This document shows positions 28,639 through 38,716 of a DNA stretch of 64,000 nucleotides, piece after piece. Under the pieces are notes generated by a model, which searched no databases, was not told the origin of the DNA, and worked only from the letters and a program-made list of their open reading frames with translations. The position numbers were made by a program, and so were the translations under genes. Every line of letters begins with the position of its first letter. The stretch's first letter is position 1. Source of the stretch: a virus; the IMG/VR virus record IMGVR_UViG_3300031237_000273, positions 2,579 to 66,578 of that record; one strand, given 5' to 3'.

Positions 28639-29433
28639 CTAGAACAAGCCTCCCAATGCCACAGGCTCCCAATTCATGATCACCAGCTCGCCACTTAACT
28701 CAGCTTTTCCTTGACGCTGATTGGTATTGCTGTAGCGGATGTCTAGCGCCTCAAAGTGGAAACCCTCAAACACACGCCGAATGTCCGGATGGTCGTTGAT
28801 GCTGACCATCACCTTGCCTTTGCAGCGGCGCATGAAGTCAGCCATCCGTTCGTAGTTCTCGAATGGAAAGTCCACGCCATAACCAGCAGTCTGCCAGTAA
28901 GGCGGGTCCATGTAGTGGAAGGTATGGGCACGGTCGTAGCGTTCAGCGCATTCAAGCCAGGGGAGGTTTTCAACGTAGGTACCGGACAGACGCTGCCAGG
29001 CGGCCGAGAGGTTTTCCTCTATCCGCAATAGGTTGATGGCCGGGCCAGTGGTAGCGGTGCCGAACGTCTGCCCGGTGACCTTGCCGGCGAAGGCATGGTG
29101 CTGCAGGTAGAAAAATCGGGCGGCGCGCTGGATGTCGGTGAGGGTTTCGGGACGGGTCATCTTCTGCCACTCGAACACCTGGCGGGAGCTGAGCGCCCAT
29201 TTGAATTGGCGCACGAACTCTTCCAGATGGTTCTGCACGACGCGATACAGCGTGACCAGGTCGCCGTTGATGTCGTTGAGGACTTCCACGGGCGCGGCCT
29301 GGGGTCGCATGAAGTAGAGCGCGGCACCGCCGGCAAAGACTTCGACGTAGCATTCGTGAGGCGGAAAAAGCGGGATGAGGCGGTCGGCCAGGCGGCGTTT
29401 GCCGCCCATCCAAGGAATGATGGGTGAAGACAT
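28639..29433 (-). CDS. Phage DNA adenine methyltransferase (D12 class)
   Basis: PWMGGK, YVEVFAGGA, NDIN, DPPY; start ATG 29433. Confidence 0.95.
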   Translation of the reverse strand: MSSPIIPWMGGKRRLADRLIPLFPPHECYVEVFAGGAALYFMRPQAAPVEVLNDINGDLVTLYRVVQNHLEEFVRQFKWALSSRQVFEWQKMTRPETLTDIQRAARFFYLQHHAFAGKVTGQTFGTATTGPAINLLRIEENLSAAWQRLSGTYVENLPWLECAERYDRAHTFHYMDPPYWQTAGYGVDFPFENYERMADFMRRCKGKVMVSINDHPDIRRVFEGFHFEALDIRYSNTNQRQGKAELSGELVIMNWEPVALGGLF

Positions 29434-29449
29434 AAGAGCAAGACCTTTA

Positions 29450-29465
29450 CTGTATGGATAAACAG
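29450..29465. promoter_or_regulatory. LexA (SOS) box
   Basis: CTGTATGGATAAACAG = CTG-N10-CAG. Confidence 0.8.
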
Positions 29466-29481
29466 GTGCTAGGCTCGCCGC

Positions 29482-29584
29482 GCTTCGTGCACGGAGTAAG
29501 AGCCTTGGCTGGACTTGCAGGGGCAATCTGCAGGGACGGCGACCGGGTTGAATGTTGACGCATCCACCTCGGTCGCTCTTTTTC
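29482..29584 (+). ncRNA. Putative antisense sRNA in the methylase leader
   Basis: TTTACT-18-TAGGCT promoter (TG-extended); long hairpin gcgaccg...tgttgacgca...cggtcgc followed by a T run. Confidence 0.4.
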
Positions 29585-30125
29585 ACTTCGGTGTTGAGAC
29601 TTCTTTGGCGTAGGCCTGACAGGCTGCCAAGGCGATCAATCCTTGGTCACCGGTATCGGTGATGCCGATAATTCGTTGAGCATACGCTGGGTCAAGTTGG
29701 GCTCGTGTTCCGCCATGAACCACGCCGCCGGCTGGGGTGGCGGCTGACACTGTGTCGCCACTGGTTGCATCGGAGGCGTCGAGTAGGACTGACAGCCGTA
29801 GATCAGCAGTGGCAAGGCGATCACGCAGGCGAGCCTGGTTGGTTTGAGCATCGCTCAGTTCCTTGTAGTGGGTTTGTTCACTGGCCGACAGCCGCTGCTC
29901 AAGGGCCAGGCGCTTGTCCTGTGCCGTGCGCACCTGGTCAGCGGCGGCGTTGCTGATGGCGATCAGATAGTCCTTGTGCAGGCTGGCCTGTTCGGCGAGT
30001 TGCTGGCCGTAGCGCCAGTCCTGCACCTTCCAGACCGACGCGGCAGATCCGCCGACCACTGCGGTCAGTAGCACGCCAACGGCTAACAGCCGGTACGGCG
30101 CGGGGATCAGGTCGACGACACGCAT
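29583..30125 (-). CDS. i-spanin (Rz-like)
   Basis: N-terminal TM, W.VQDWRYG, coiled coil, LAACQAY; follows the endolysin. Confidence 0.9.
   Translation of the reverse strand: MRVVDLIPAPYRLLAVGVLLTAVVGGSAASVWKVQDWRYGQQLAEQASLHKDYLIAISNAAADQVRTAQDKRLALEQRLSASEQTHYKELSDAQTNQARLRDRLATADLRLSVLLDASDATSGDTVSAATPAGGVVHGGTRAQLDPAYAQRIIGITDTGDQGLIALAACQAYAKEVSTPK
29636..29851 (-). CDS. o-spanin lipoprotein (Rz1-like), embedded in Rz
   Basis: Lipobox LIYG-C, Pro-rich CQPPPQPAAWFM, alternate frame. Confidence 0.8.
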   Translation of the reverse strand: MLKPTRLACVIALPLLIYGCQSYSTPPMQPVATQCQPPPQPAAWFMAEHEPNLTQRMLNELSASPIPVTKD

Positions 30126-30670
30126 AACACTGCCCTCGCCCGTTTCCACAGCTGCAGTCGATCTTGCAGGCCGTTGAGTCCACCGTTGATCTTGCGGGTG
30201 ATTGCCTCGAACTCGTCCCGATCCGCCAGGGCGTTCAGCTCTCGCACCCACCAAAACCACGCCGCCGACTCGGCGGCCCATTGCGGCAGTTCGAGCAGCT
30301 CAGGGGTGCGCAGCAAACGTTCGTCACCGAACAGCGCCAGGCTGCAGCGCAGGTAATTGCTATGGCCGGTCACCTGAATCAGGCCACGACCGCGATAGCG
30401 CTGGCCATCGCCGTCAACTTCTGGGGTATTGCCCAGTTTCACGGCCAGAGTGCCGGTATCGTATTTGCTCAGGTACTGATCGCCACCCAACTCACGGACG
30501 TACTGCAGCTGGCCCGACTCGTGCCCGACCTGAGCCAGGAACGCCGCCTGACGTTTCGACGTATTGATTTGCCGATGCGCCATGGCCGCGTTTAGAGCGG
30601 ATACAAAAACGCCCGCTTGGCGGCGGGCGTTGGGCATGATGCGTTGTAGCTGTTGCTCCGTAATGGACAT
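30107..30670 (-). CDS. Endolysin, glycoside hydrolase family 19
   Basis: AAFLAQVGHES, YRGRGLIQVTG, ITRKINGG. Confidence 0.95.
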   Translation of the reverse strand: MSITEQQLQRIMPNARRQAGVFVSALNAAMAHRQINTSKRQAAFLAQVGHESGQLQYVRELGGDQYLSKYDTGTLAVKLGNTPEVDGDGQRYRGRGLIQVTGHSNYLRCSLALFGDERLLRTPELLELPQWAAESAAWFWWVRELNALADRDEFEAITRKINGGLNGLQDRLQLWKRARAVLCVSST

Positions 30671-30718
30671 ACACACTCCTGATATAAAAAAACCGCACTC
30701 AGGCGGTGATGGGATGCG

Positions 30719-31765
30719 CTATGGCGCGTTGACATTCACCACCCTGAGCGGCGGTTTAGTTTTCTTTTTCTTACCCTTGGATTTGCCCTGCTTGCCGGCA
30801 TTGCACTCGACTGTGGTCGACCATCCGGATTGGGTAAACACCTGCTCGACCGAATCCGCCAAGTACTCGCCATCAAGACCGACCTTGAAGCCCTGGGCGT
30901 TAATCGGGCGCTCGGCAAAGATGTCGGTCCGGCCGGGCATCTCGAAACGCACGTCAGCGGTCGAGCGATTGAACGCCGCCAAACGCGCCTTGGCGGCCGA
31001 CTCGGCGGCGGTCTTGTTCGGGTAGATATGCCGATCGGTATGCACCGCCGGCAAGCCATCCGGGGCGTCCTCGTTGTCCACGGTGACCACCGACAACTTG
31101 CCGGTCTTCTTGTCTTGGTGCTTGGTCGCCACGGCCTTGTGCGAGTTGCGATCGCCCAGGCTGAACTGCCAGCGACTGAGGTCGCTCTTCGTCAGGGTGA
31201 TCGCGCCGAACGTTTTGCCGCTGGCGGTCTGCCCGCCTTGACGCGGCATCACCAACAGTTTGCCGTCGGCCACCTTGGCCGTGCAGTCGTACTGTTTGGC
31301 CAAGCGCGTGATGAAATTAAAATCCGACTCGTTGAGCTGATCGACCCGGGCGACTTTCGTCGTCACCGGGCACACCGGCTGCCAGCCATTGCGCGCAGCG
31401 ATATCGGCCACGATCTTCGACAGCGGCACGTCTTCCCAGCTACCGCTGCGAATGGTCTTGCCACTGCCGCGCATGTCGCTGGCCTTGCCCTTGATCACGA
31501 TCGTGTCCGGCGGACCCGACACCTCGACCGTGTCCACCGCGTAACGCCCCAGGCGCGCCAAGGACGTTTCGGCATAGCCCAGGTAGATCTCGATCGAGCT
31601 GCCACGCCGAGGCAGCACCACTTGGCCGTCTCGGTCATCAATGCGCAACTCAAACTCGTCGGACTCCATCCCGGGTTTGTCAGAGGTGCGCAGCAACAAC
31701 AACCGATCATTGATCTTGGCCGTTACATCCGCGCCATCGGCCACGATTCGAAACATGGGGGTCAT
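30719..31765 (-). CDS. Phage late control/baseplate hub protein D (P2 gpD-like)
   Basis: SDEFELRIDD, DQLNESDFNFITRLA. Confidence 0.93.
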   Translation of the reverse strand: MTPMFRIVADGADVTAKINDRLLLLRTSDKPGMESDEFELRIDDRDGQVVLPRRGSSIEIYLGYAETSLARLGRYAVDTVEVSGPPDTIVIKGKASDMRGSGKTIRSGSWEDVPLSKIVADIAARNGWQPVCPVTTKVARVDQLNESDFNFITRLAKQYDCTAKVADGKLLVMPRQGGQTASGKTFGAITLTKSDLSRWQFSLGDRNSHKAVATKHQDKKTGKLSVVTVDNEDAPDGLPAVHTDRHIYPNKTAAESAAKARLAAFNRSTADVRFEMPGRTDIFAERPINAQGFKVGLDGEYLADSVEQVFTQSGWSTTVECNAGKQGKSKGKKKKTKPPLRVVNVNAP

Positions 31766-31848
31766 GGATTTTGCTCAAAAAAAAACCCGCACAAGGCGGG
31801 TAAAAAAAGAAAGGAGCTTGAGGAATCAAGCGGCGCGAGTGTAGACCA

Positions 31849-32055
31849 TCAATCCCACAAGCTCACCCCCTCCCCAGTCGGGCTGGGCAGATCCGGCAGA
31901 TAGATCACCACGCCGGTACGGTAGGGCTGGGGTTCATCGGCCAACCCCTGATTGGCATCCAGCACCGCCTCGGTGCTGCCGTTCAGATGGCCATAAACGT
32001 TATGGCAAATGACATCGAGCATGTCCCCATCAGACGTTCTGCATGTCGTCGCCAT
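31849..32055 (-). CDS. Tail protein X
   Basis: GDMLDVIC...VLDANQGLA...SLWD. Confidence 0.92.
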   Translation of the reverse strand: MATTCRTSDGDMLDVICHNVYGHLNGSTEAVLDANQGLADEPQPYRTGVVIYLPDLPSPTGEGVSLWD

Positions 32056-32875
32056 AGCGCACAAACTCCAGAGTGAACCCTTGTTTACGCGGAATCCCGC
32101 CGTGCAAAAACGCGCCTTGCTCGTCGCCGATGGTCTTCAGACACCACGTCCCAATCACCTCGCCATAGCCCGTGGTGAGGGTCAGCGGCTGAAGCCTGGC
32201 CCCAATGGTGCGCAACGTGTCGAGCTGCTTGAGTCCACCCTTGAAGCCCGGGTAGATCGTGCCTTTGAGCGTGAGCTTTTCCTCCCCTATACCAATGGCC
32301 TGCTGCGCCGGACGGCGCGACAGACGTTCCTGGGAGGCCCAACGGAATTCGGTCGAGCGGCTCAGCTCGTCGAAGGCCGCCGTGTCCAAATTGAAGAAGT
32401 ACGGCTGAAGCTTCGGGTCGCGCGGCTGAATGATCAGCAGGTGCGGGAACGGCTTCACCGCTTCCGGTGCCGGCGTCGCATTCACGGCAAAGGCACTGGT
32501 GGGCACGATGTTGGCCAGCGACGGGCTGACCTTGCCGGCGATGTTGTTGACCGCCGTCGCCGCTTTGCCCGCCTGCTCCTTCAGCGTCCCCATCCGTTCC
32601 TGTACTTCGGCGGCCGCCCGGGTCGCCCGGCCGTACACCGCCACAACTTGGCCGACCTTGGCCTGGGCCGCGTCGACGCCGCGCATCACCCGCTGAAGCT
32701 TGGCGCCGATCGCCGGCCCCACGAACGGGATGTTTTCCAGCTCGGACGCCGCGCCCGTGATTTCACTGATCGCGCCGTTGACCGGGCCGAGCATGCCGTC
32801 TGCACTGCGCCGGCCAGCTTCCCCGGCTTCGACCAAGTACTTGAGCCCCGCTTGCAACTGTTCCATATACGCCAT
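32030..32875 (-). CDS. Tail protein U (P2 gpU-like) with N-terminal extension
   Basis: FRWASQERLSRRPAQQ, LTLKGTIYP, FTLEFVRY. Confidence 0.9.
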   Translation of the reverse strand: MAYMEQLQAGLKYLVEAGEAGRRSADGMLGPVNGAISEITGAASELENIPFVGPAIGAKLQRVMRGVDAAQAKVGQVVAVYGRATRAAAEVQERMGTLKEQAGKAATAVNNIAGKVSPSLANIVPTSAFAVNATPAPEAVKPFPHLLIIQPRDPKLQPYFFNLDTAAFDELSRSTEFRWASQERLSRRPAQQAIGIGEEKLTLKGTIYPGFKGGLKQLDTLRTIGARLQPLTLTTGYGEVIGTWCLKTIGDEQGAFLHGGIPRKQGFTLEFVRYGDDMQNV

Positions 32876-32884
32876 GCGGCCTCC

Positions 32885-35722
32885 TTAAACGTGGGGTTCG
32901 TCGTACAGCTTGGACGCGTTCTGTTTCGCCGCGTCCGCCATCATCCGCTGCATGTGCGGCATCAAGTCCTGAGCCAAGCGTTGCGGGTCTTTGACATCCC
33001 CTTGCACCGTGACCGGCATGCTCAGCGAATACTGAAACTGCTGATCCACTTTGGTCGGTGCCGGCTTCTCCGGCGCCTTGGGCTGAATGGCCACGGCCGC
33101 CTTGGTCGGCGCCTGTACGGCCATGGCGCGAGCCACGTCGCCCAGCGCCGGCCCTTGCGGGGCTGCCCCCGAGGCCATCAGCAACGCACCGGAGCCCTTC
33201 GCGCCATCGAACGATTGGCCCATGCTGGCCAAGCTGGGAATAGCCGGACCAGGGCGTGGCGCCATCAACAACGGCGAGGCCGGAACGGCGGGCTTTTCCT
33301 CTTCGCCAGCAAACACCGACTTGCCCACGGCGCCGCCCACCATCTGGCCGCCCTGACTGCCGAGGTAGGCTCCAATCAAGCCGCCGATCGCGGTACCGAT
33401 AATCGGCACCACCGAACCAATGGCCGCACCGGCCGCCGCGCCGGCCATGGTGCCCGCAAGATTGCCCGCAGCCGCACCGTAACCCTCGGCTTGTTCGCCC
33501 TGGGTCTTGGCATTCTCATAGGTGTCGAAGGCCATGGCGCCGGCTTCCAGTAGCGCGCCGCCGGGAATCATCTTGGCGGCTTTGCCAATCTTGCCGACCG
33601 CCTGCACCACCCCGCCCAGCCGGGCCAGCGACCCGGCCGGTACGGGTACCGGTGGAATCGGCGGATGCGGCACTGGGACCGGTGGCCGTGACCCCGGAAT
33701 CGGCGAGCGCGAAGAACTACCCGGCCGAGGCAACGGCCCACGGCGCGAAGCATTGCGCCTTGACCCGCGTCCACGCCGGCGCGTTTCCCCAGGGCCTTCA
33801 GCGCCGCCGCCCAGGGCTCCTGCGTTGACCACGAAAACCTTCTTGACGCCGTCACCGCCAGCGTCGTCGCCAGCACCACCGGCCGCGTCTTTGGCCAGCG
33901 AAACTAGTTCCAGACCGGCCGACACCACATCCAACTTGCCGGGCTTCTTACCGCCCTCAGCGTCGTCACCGCCCCCGGTCGCGCCTTTGAACGCCGCCAC
34001 CGCCTTGAGCCCGGTTTCCATCAGGGACAACGCCTTGCCGGCCTTACCCTTGGGCGCCGAGCCTTCACCATCCTCGGGATTGGTGACAAAGACCTTTTGC
34101 ACCGCGCCGGCCTTGCCACCCCCCAGCGAGCCGCGCGCCAGGTTGAACAGCCCTTTACCCATCTTGAACGAACTGAACAGGCCCGTGAGCGTGACCAACC
34201 CACCACCGACCAACGCGATTCCCGTCACTACCCCGGGCGCGCTGTCAGACATTGAGGTAATGCTTTTGGTGACCTTGGTCAGCGCCTCGGCCACCGTGTC
34301 CGTGACCGGCCGCAGAGCGTCCCCCACGCTACGCATGGCGTCATCCATCGACTGAGCCATTTCGGCCCACTTCTGCGACGAAGCCTCACGCCGCTCGCTG
34401 AGGTTTTTGTCGAGGATGCCCGTGGCATCGCGCGAATCGTTTTTAAGCTGGCTGTACAGCGCCTTGTTCTGCATGAACGCCGACAGCGCGGCCTTGACCT
34501 GCATGTCCGCGAACAGGTCGCCAGTGCGCAGCGACTCTTCCAGAGAGGCCATCATGGCCTTGGCTTTCTCCGGGTCGGCTTGCTGGCTGATTTCGGAGGT
34601 CGCTTTGGCCATCGCCGCCGCGCGCTTCGGATCGGTGGCCTGAATGTACTTCTGCGCCAGCGCCATACTGGTTTCCAGCGTGGACATGCCGTTTTGCAAA
34701 CCGGTCTGCATCGAACCCTTGTAGTCGATACCGGCCTTTTCATACGCCTTGACGGTGTCGCCGGAGCCGATTTTGCCCATCCAGTTTTTGAGGTTGTTGG
34801 CCGCCTCATCGGCGCCGCCGGCCGACTTCATCTGCACTTGCAGCATGGCGCCCAACTGCGTCACCGCATCCATGCCGGTGATGCCCAGGCTGCCCATGTT
34901 GGCCAACAGCTCGGGGAACCATTTAGCCATGTCGGCCGCTTCAAAGCTGCCCGCCTGCCCTTGATAGGCAATCGCTTCCAGCGCCTGCTGCATCTGCTTG
35001 GGGTCGGTGATCTTGGCGTTTTGCCCCAGGGCGTTGATCATCTTCGCCGTGTCGACACCGTTGGACCCCTGCCCCACGACAAACTTGGCCGCGACCGGCG
35101 CATATTCCAGCGCCTTGCTCAACTCCATACCAGCGCCAACCAACTGGTTGACCACGTCGGCCACGTCATTGCGCGCCATGCCGGTGTCACGCGAGGTGGT
35201 GATGATCTTGCGCGACATCTCCTGTTCTTGCGGCTTGTTGGCAATGCCGGCCTTGATCGCGATGTCCCGCACAATGGCGCCGAAGTCCGCGCTGACCTTG
35301 GTCGGCACCGCCATCGAGCCCACACCGATGACAGCGGCGCCGACCGCTTTTTTCATGGCGGACTTGCCGGCATCCAGCTGCTGATGTCCCTTGGCCTTCA
35401 GCTCGGCTTTATTGGCCGCCTGCCCCATGGCCCGATAGGACTTCTCCAGACGCCCGACTTCGACGCCCTGCTTTTTCAAACTGTCGAGGTTGGAGTTCAA
35501 CCGGCCCAGCAGCTTGGACGCCCCAGCGGAACCGCTGTCGTGGGCTTTCTTCCACTCATCGCGCAGGCGAATGGTGTCGCCGATCGCACGCTGCAGCACG
35601 CGTGCCTTGCCACCTTCCGCCTCAAGGCGCTTGATGCGCCCCGTCACGTCCTTGAACGCGGCGCCGACCGTCGAACTGACGGCGCCGCCGATCACTAGCC
35701 CGAGGGCGAGTTTGTTCGCCAT
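32885..35722 (-). CDS. Tail tape measure protein
   Basis: 945-aa Ala/Gly-rich ORF after the chaperone genes. Confidence 0.93.
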   Translation of the reverse strand: MANKLALGLVIGGAVSSTVGAAFKDVTGRIKRLEAEGGKARVLQRAIGDTIRLRDEWKKAHDSGSAGASKLLGRLNSNLDSLKKQGVEVGRLEKSYRAMGQAANKAELKAKGHQQLDAGKSAMKKAVGAAVIGVGSMAVPTKVSADFGAIVRDIAIKAGIANKPQEQEMSRKIITTSRDTGMARNDVADVVNQLVGAGMELSKALEYAPVAAKFVVGQGSNGVDTAKMINALGQNAKITDPKQMQQALEAIAYQGQAGSFEAADMAKWFPELLANMGSLGITGMDAVTQLGAMLQVQMKSAGGADEAANNLKNWMGKIGSGDTVKAYEKAGIDYKGSMQTGLQNGMSTLETSMALAQKYIQATDPKRAAAMAKATSEISQQADPEKAKAMMASLEESLRTGDLFADMQVKAALSAFMQNKALYSQLKNDSRDATGILDKNLSERREASSQKWAEMAQSMDDAMRSVGDALRPVTDTVAEALTKVTKSITSMSDSAPGVVTGIALVGGGLVTLTGLFSSFKMGKGLFNLARGSLGGGKAGAVQKVFVTNPEDGEGSAPKGKAGKALSLMETGLKAVAAFKGATGGGDDAEGGKKPGKLDVVSAGLELVSLAKDAAGGAGDDAGGDGVKKVFVVNAGALGGGAEGPGETRRRGRGSRRNASRRGPLPRPGSSSRSPIPGSRPPVPVPHPPIPPVPVPAGSLARLGGVVQAVGKIGKAAKMIPGGALLEAGAMAFDTYENAKTQGEQAEGYGAAAGNLAGTMAGAAAGAAIGSVVPIIGTAIGGLIGAYLGSQGGQMVGGAVGKSVFAGEEEKPAVPASPLLMAPRPGPAIPSLASMGQSFDGAKGSGALLMASGAAPQGPALGDVARAMAVQAPTKAAVAIQPKAPEKPAPTKVDQQFQYSLSMPVTVQGDVKDPQRLAQDLMPHMQRMMADAAKQNASKLYDEPHV

Positions 35723-35760
35723 GTCATGGCCCCCATTTGCACAGCCTTACCGAAGGCGGC

Positions 35761-35856
35761 TCAATCCGTGAGCCACCACACCATCTCAGCAAACGGCATC
35801 GACAGAATCTCAGCGGCGGAAAATCCGGTTTCCGCCGCCAGACGTTTCGCGGCCAT
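35761..35856 (-). CDS. GpE'-like chaperone extension (31 aa; possibly made by frameshift)
   Basis: MAAKRLAAETGFSAAEILSMPFAEMVWWLTD; frame open upstream through GGGGTTTGA. Confidence 0.65.
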   Translation of the reverse strand: MAAKRLAAETGFSAAEILSMPFAEMVWWLTD

Positions 35857-35872
35857 TTTTATGACGCCGGGG

Positions 35873-36469
35873 TCAAACCCCGTTGTCTTGGTCCATACGA
35901 AAATAGGCGGCCTGCAAGCGGTTGAAATCCACCAGCTTCAGGCCCTCCAGATCCGCGACAGGCGCATCGGCCAACGCAGCAAACAACACCAGCTCGCGCT
36001 GCTCGTCATCGCCACCCGCCTCACGATTCGCCGCACGCACGTCGCGCACGGTCGGGGAACGCAAGGCCAACTTGTCGACCGACACCCCGTTGATTTCGCT
36101 CGGACAGGACAACGTGACCAGCACGTTATCGGTGGTGATCGACAACCACGCCGGCACCGACTTCGAGTAATCGGTATCGGGCGCCAGGCGCGAATAGGCC
36201 GCCTGTACACGGCGATAGTCCACCAGCTTCAGGCCTTCCATATCCTTCAGGCCGACCTCGGCCAAACCCGCGAACAACATCAGCTCGCGCTGTTCGTCAT
36301 CGCCATTAGAGGCGCGGTCGGCCGCCCGCACTTCGCGCACGGCCGGGGCCCGCAAGGTCAACGTCTCGACCTTGATTCCGTTGGCATCGCTGGGACGCGA
36401 GAGCGTCACGACGGCGCTCTCAGCGGTGACCGCCAGCCAGCCCGGCAGTTCTTTATCAGTTGCTTTCAT
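35873..36469 (-). CDS. Tail assembly chaperone with duplicated domain
   Basis: Two copies of LR.P.VR.VRAA...DDEQREL.LFA.LA...EGLKLVD..R.QAAY. Confidence 0.9.
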   Translation of the reverse strand: MKATDKELPGWLAVTAESAVVTLSRPSDANGIKVETLTLRAPAVREVRAADRASNGDDEQRELMLFAGLAEVGLKDMEGLKLVDYRRVQAAYSRLAPDTDYSKSVPAWLSITTDNVLVTLSCPSEINGVSVDKLALRSPTVRDVRAANREAGGDDEQRELVLFAALADAPVADLEGLKLVDFNRLQAAYFRMDQDNGV

Positions 36470-36483
36470 CTGGATCTATTCCC

Positions 36484-36987
36484 TTAGAGGCCGAGCGCGG
36501 TGCGCACTTCGGCGAGCTGGTCTTTGCCGTCGATCACCTGAATACCGGCGACCATGTCGATTTCGTACATCAGGCGCCCGTCGATTTCGAGCTTGTAGTA
36601 CGTGACAGCAATGGCGTGTTTGATCTCGGCCGGATCACCGGCTTTCCAGTCGCCCAGGTCGACCTCTTTGAGCCGGCCCCGCAGGGTGGCAACCACCGCC
36701 GTCACGGCCCCCTTTTGCCCCTTGAAGGCACCCCGGAACGTCGCATTGAAGGCCGTGCCATCGGCCAGACCGAAGTACTTCAACGACTCACGGCGCACGC
36801 CCTTGGTGACAAAGGATGCCTCCATTTTTTCCAGACCCTGGTCCATCTCGATGGCACCGGCCATGCCGCCACCGCGATACTCGTCGGTCTTGCTGGTCAG
36901 CTTGGGCAGGGTCAGGTTCGGCACGTCGCCGGAAAAACTCACGCCGTCAACAAACAGGTTCGTGTTAAACAAAGTTTGAGGAATCAT
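36484..36987 (-). CDS. Major tail tube protein (FII)
   Basis: LPKL...EYRGGGM.G, YYKLEIDG. Confidence 0.95.
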   Translation of the reverse strand: MIPQTLFNTNLFVDGVSFSGDVPNLTLPKLTSKTDEYRGGGMAGAIEMDQGLEKMEASFVTKGVRRESLKYFGLADGTAFNATFRGAFKGQKGAVTAVVATLRGRLKEVDLGDWKAGDPAEIKHAIAVTYYKLEIDGRLMYEIDMVAGIQVIDGKDQLAEVRTALGL

Positions 36988-36999
36988 TGACTGGGCCCC

Positions 37000-38166
37000 T
37001 TAGGCTGTTTCAAGAACTTCGGTCATCCATTGATCGGTGACTTCGAAAAGGAAATTCGGGTTTTCGGCCGGCGGCACGTCGGTGAAGCGAATGCGCCAAT
37101 ACACTTTGCCCTGGGCGATTTGGCTGGCGGTGTTCAACTCGGTGTCCGGGTACACCTCGAAGTTGATGATTGCGCCCTGGGCTTTCAGGTCGCGCATGAA
37201 CGCTTCCAGGCCGTCGGTCACATCCTTGACGTAGGTCTTGGTGATCGAGCGGTCAACGGCCCACTTGTGGCCGGCCTGCACCGCATCCATGAGGATGAAC
37301 AGCGTGCGCACGCGGGTGACGAACGCCCATTTCGGATCGCTCGACAGCGTGCGGTTGCCCCACAGGCGATAACCGTCGTCGCGGATGATCGTCGTGATGT
37401 TGGCGTTGTTCAGCAGGTTGGCCCGGCACGTCGCATCGCCGTCCAGGTACTCGACCGCGCGGGTCGTGCCGGTGATGCCGACAAACTCCTTGTTCGACGG
37501 CGACGCCCAGAAGCCGTACTCCGCATCGGTCCAGGCAAACAAGCCCGCCGCCCAGGCCGAACCCGGGGCATCGACTGTCTGACTCAGACCGGTGTCCCAG
37601 TACTGCACGCCCGGGTCAACCATGAACAGGTTGCGACTGCCGAAGTTCTCGGCGTAGGCCATGGCGGCCTCATCCGTGGTGCCAGGCCCGTCGATAATGC
37701 CGATGGCGCGCAGCTTCTGCGCCAAGCCGTCGAGCGCCGTGGCCACCACTTGCGTGGCCGTGTGACCCGGCGCGATCAACAGCCGCGGCTGAGCGTTAAA
37801 CAGGCTTTTGCCATCGAGCAAGGCCTGTAGGCCGGTGCGCTTACCGGAAGCCAGAACCCCGCCAATGATCGCCGAGGTTTGCAGCGCCGCGTCTTCCAGC
37901 TTCGGCACACCGATGGCGACGATCACCGCCTTGGCCTTGGTGTAGATCGCCTGACAGGCCTTGGTCATCGCCGAATCGGCGCCGAAGGCGGCAATGGCTT
38001 CGCGCTCGGTGGTGATCAACTTCAGTTCGCCGGCCAGCGCCGTACCGCCGCCTAGGATGCCCGGGGTGAAGGTGTCGCACAGGCCGATGATCGACGACGA
38101 CGGCAAGGAAATGGTGCGCGCGCCGGTCTTGATATCGGTGGTCGTAACGCCGTGAAAGAAACTCAT
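37000..38166 (-). CDS. Tail sheath protein (FI)
   Basis: MSFFHGV, GFWASPSN, RLWGNRT. Confidence 0.95.
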   Translation of the reverse strand: MSFFHGVTTTDIKTGARTISLPSSSIIGLCDTFTPGILGGGTALAGELKLITTEREAIAAFGADSAMTKACQAIYTKAKAVIVAIGVPKLEDAALQTSAIIGGVLASGKRTGLQALLDGKSLFNAQPRLLIAPGHTATQVVATALDGLAQKLRAIGIIDGPGTTDEAAMAYAENFGSRNLFMVDPGVQYWDTGLSQTVDAPGSAWAAGLFAWTDAEYGFWASPSNKEFVGITGTTRAVEYLDGDATCRANLLNNANITTIIRDDGYRLWGNRTLSSDPKWAFVTRVRTLFILMDAVQAGHKWAVDRSITKTYVKDVTDGLEAFMRDLKAQGAIINFEVYPDTELNTASQIAQGKVYWRIRFTDVPPAENPNFLFEVTDQWMTEVLETA

Positions 38167-38270
38167 AAAGCTCAATCTCCAGAAACGAAAAAGCCCCGCA
38201 TAAGCGAGGCTGTGAGGGATGTTCGTGTTACGCGTAACGGAAAAGAAAACGCCCCGTCAGTGCGGGGCGT

Positions 38271-38714
38271 TTATTGGGCCAGCGTTGATAGCCAATCCGG
38301 CGCTGGGGGCCGGTGCTCGCTCAAGGGGAATTCACCAGCTTCTGGCCAGTTGCGAAGGTCGCGGCGATAGGCCTGCAATTCGGCGTATTGCTCGACCGTG
38401 AGCGTGGTCGCGCTGCCGTCCTCGATCTCATCACGGTGGCGCGAAACAATCCCATCGGTCGACGCCATTTGTGCATCACGCCAGCTCCGCTCGATCTCTC
38501 CGAGCTGCTCGAGATCCAGCGGCGGCGGATCGATCAAAACGGGATGGCCATTAGGCCGTGACGACATTTTTTTTGAACTGATCGCCAGCTCATCGAGCAA
38601 TGACTGCCAAACACCCGCCGCAACCTCAACCACGTCCGGCGGCATGTCAGAACCGTGAATCTCCGGCATATAGACGCCGCACGTTAACGGACTGAAAAAT
38701 ACGATTTTAGTCAT
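38271..38714 (-). CDS. Tail fibre assembly chaperone
   Basis: ERSWRD...YRRDLRNWPE..EFP...RP..P.WL. Confidence 0.88.
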   Translation of the reverse strand: MTKIVFFSPLTCGVYMPEIHGSDMPPDVVEVAAGVWQSLLDELAISSKKMSSRPNGHPVLIDPPPLDLEQLGEIERSWRDAQMASTDGIVSRHRDEIEDGSATTLTVEQYAELQAYRRDLRNWPEAGEFPLSEHRPPAPDWLSTLAQ

Positions 38715-38716
38715 GT

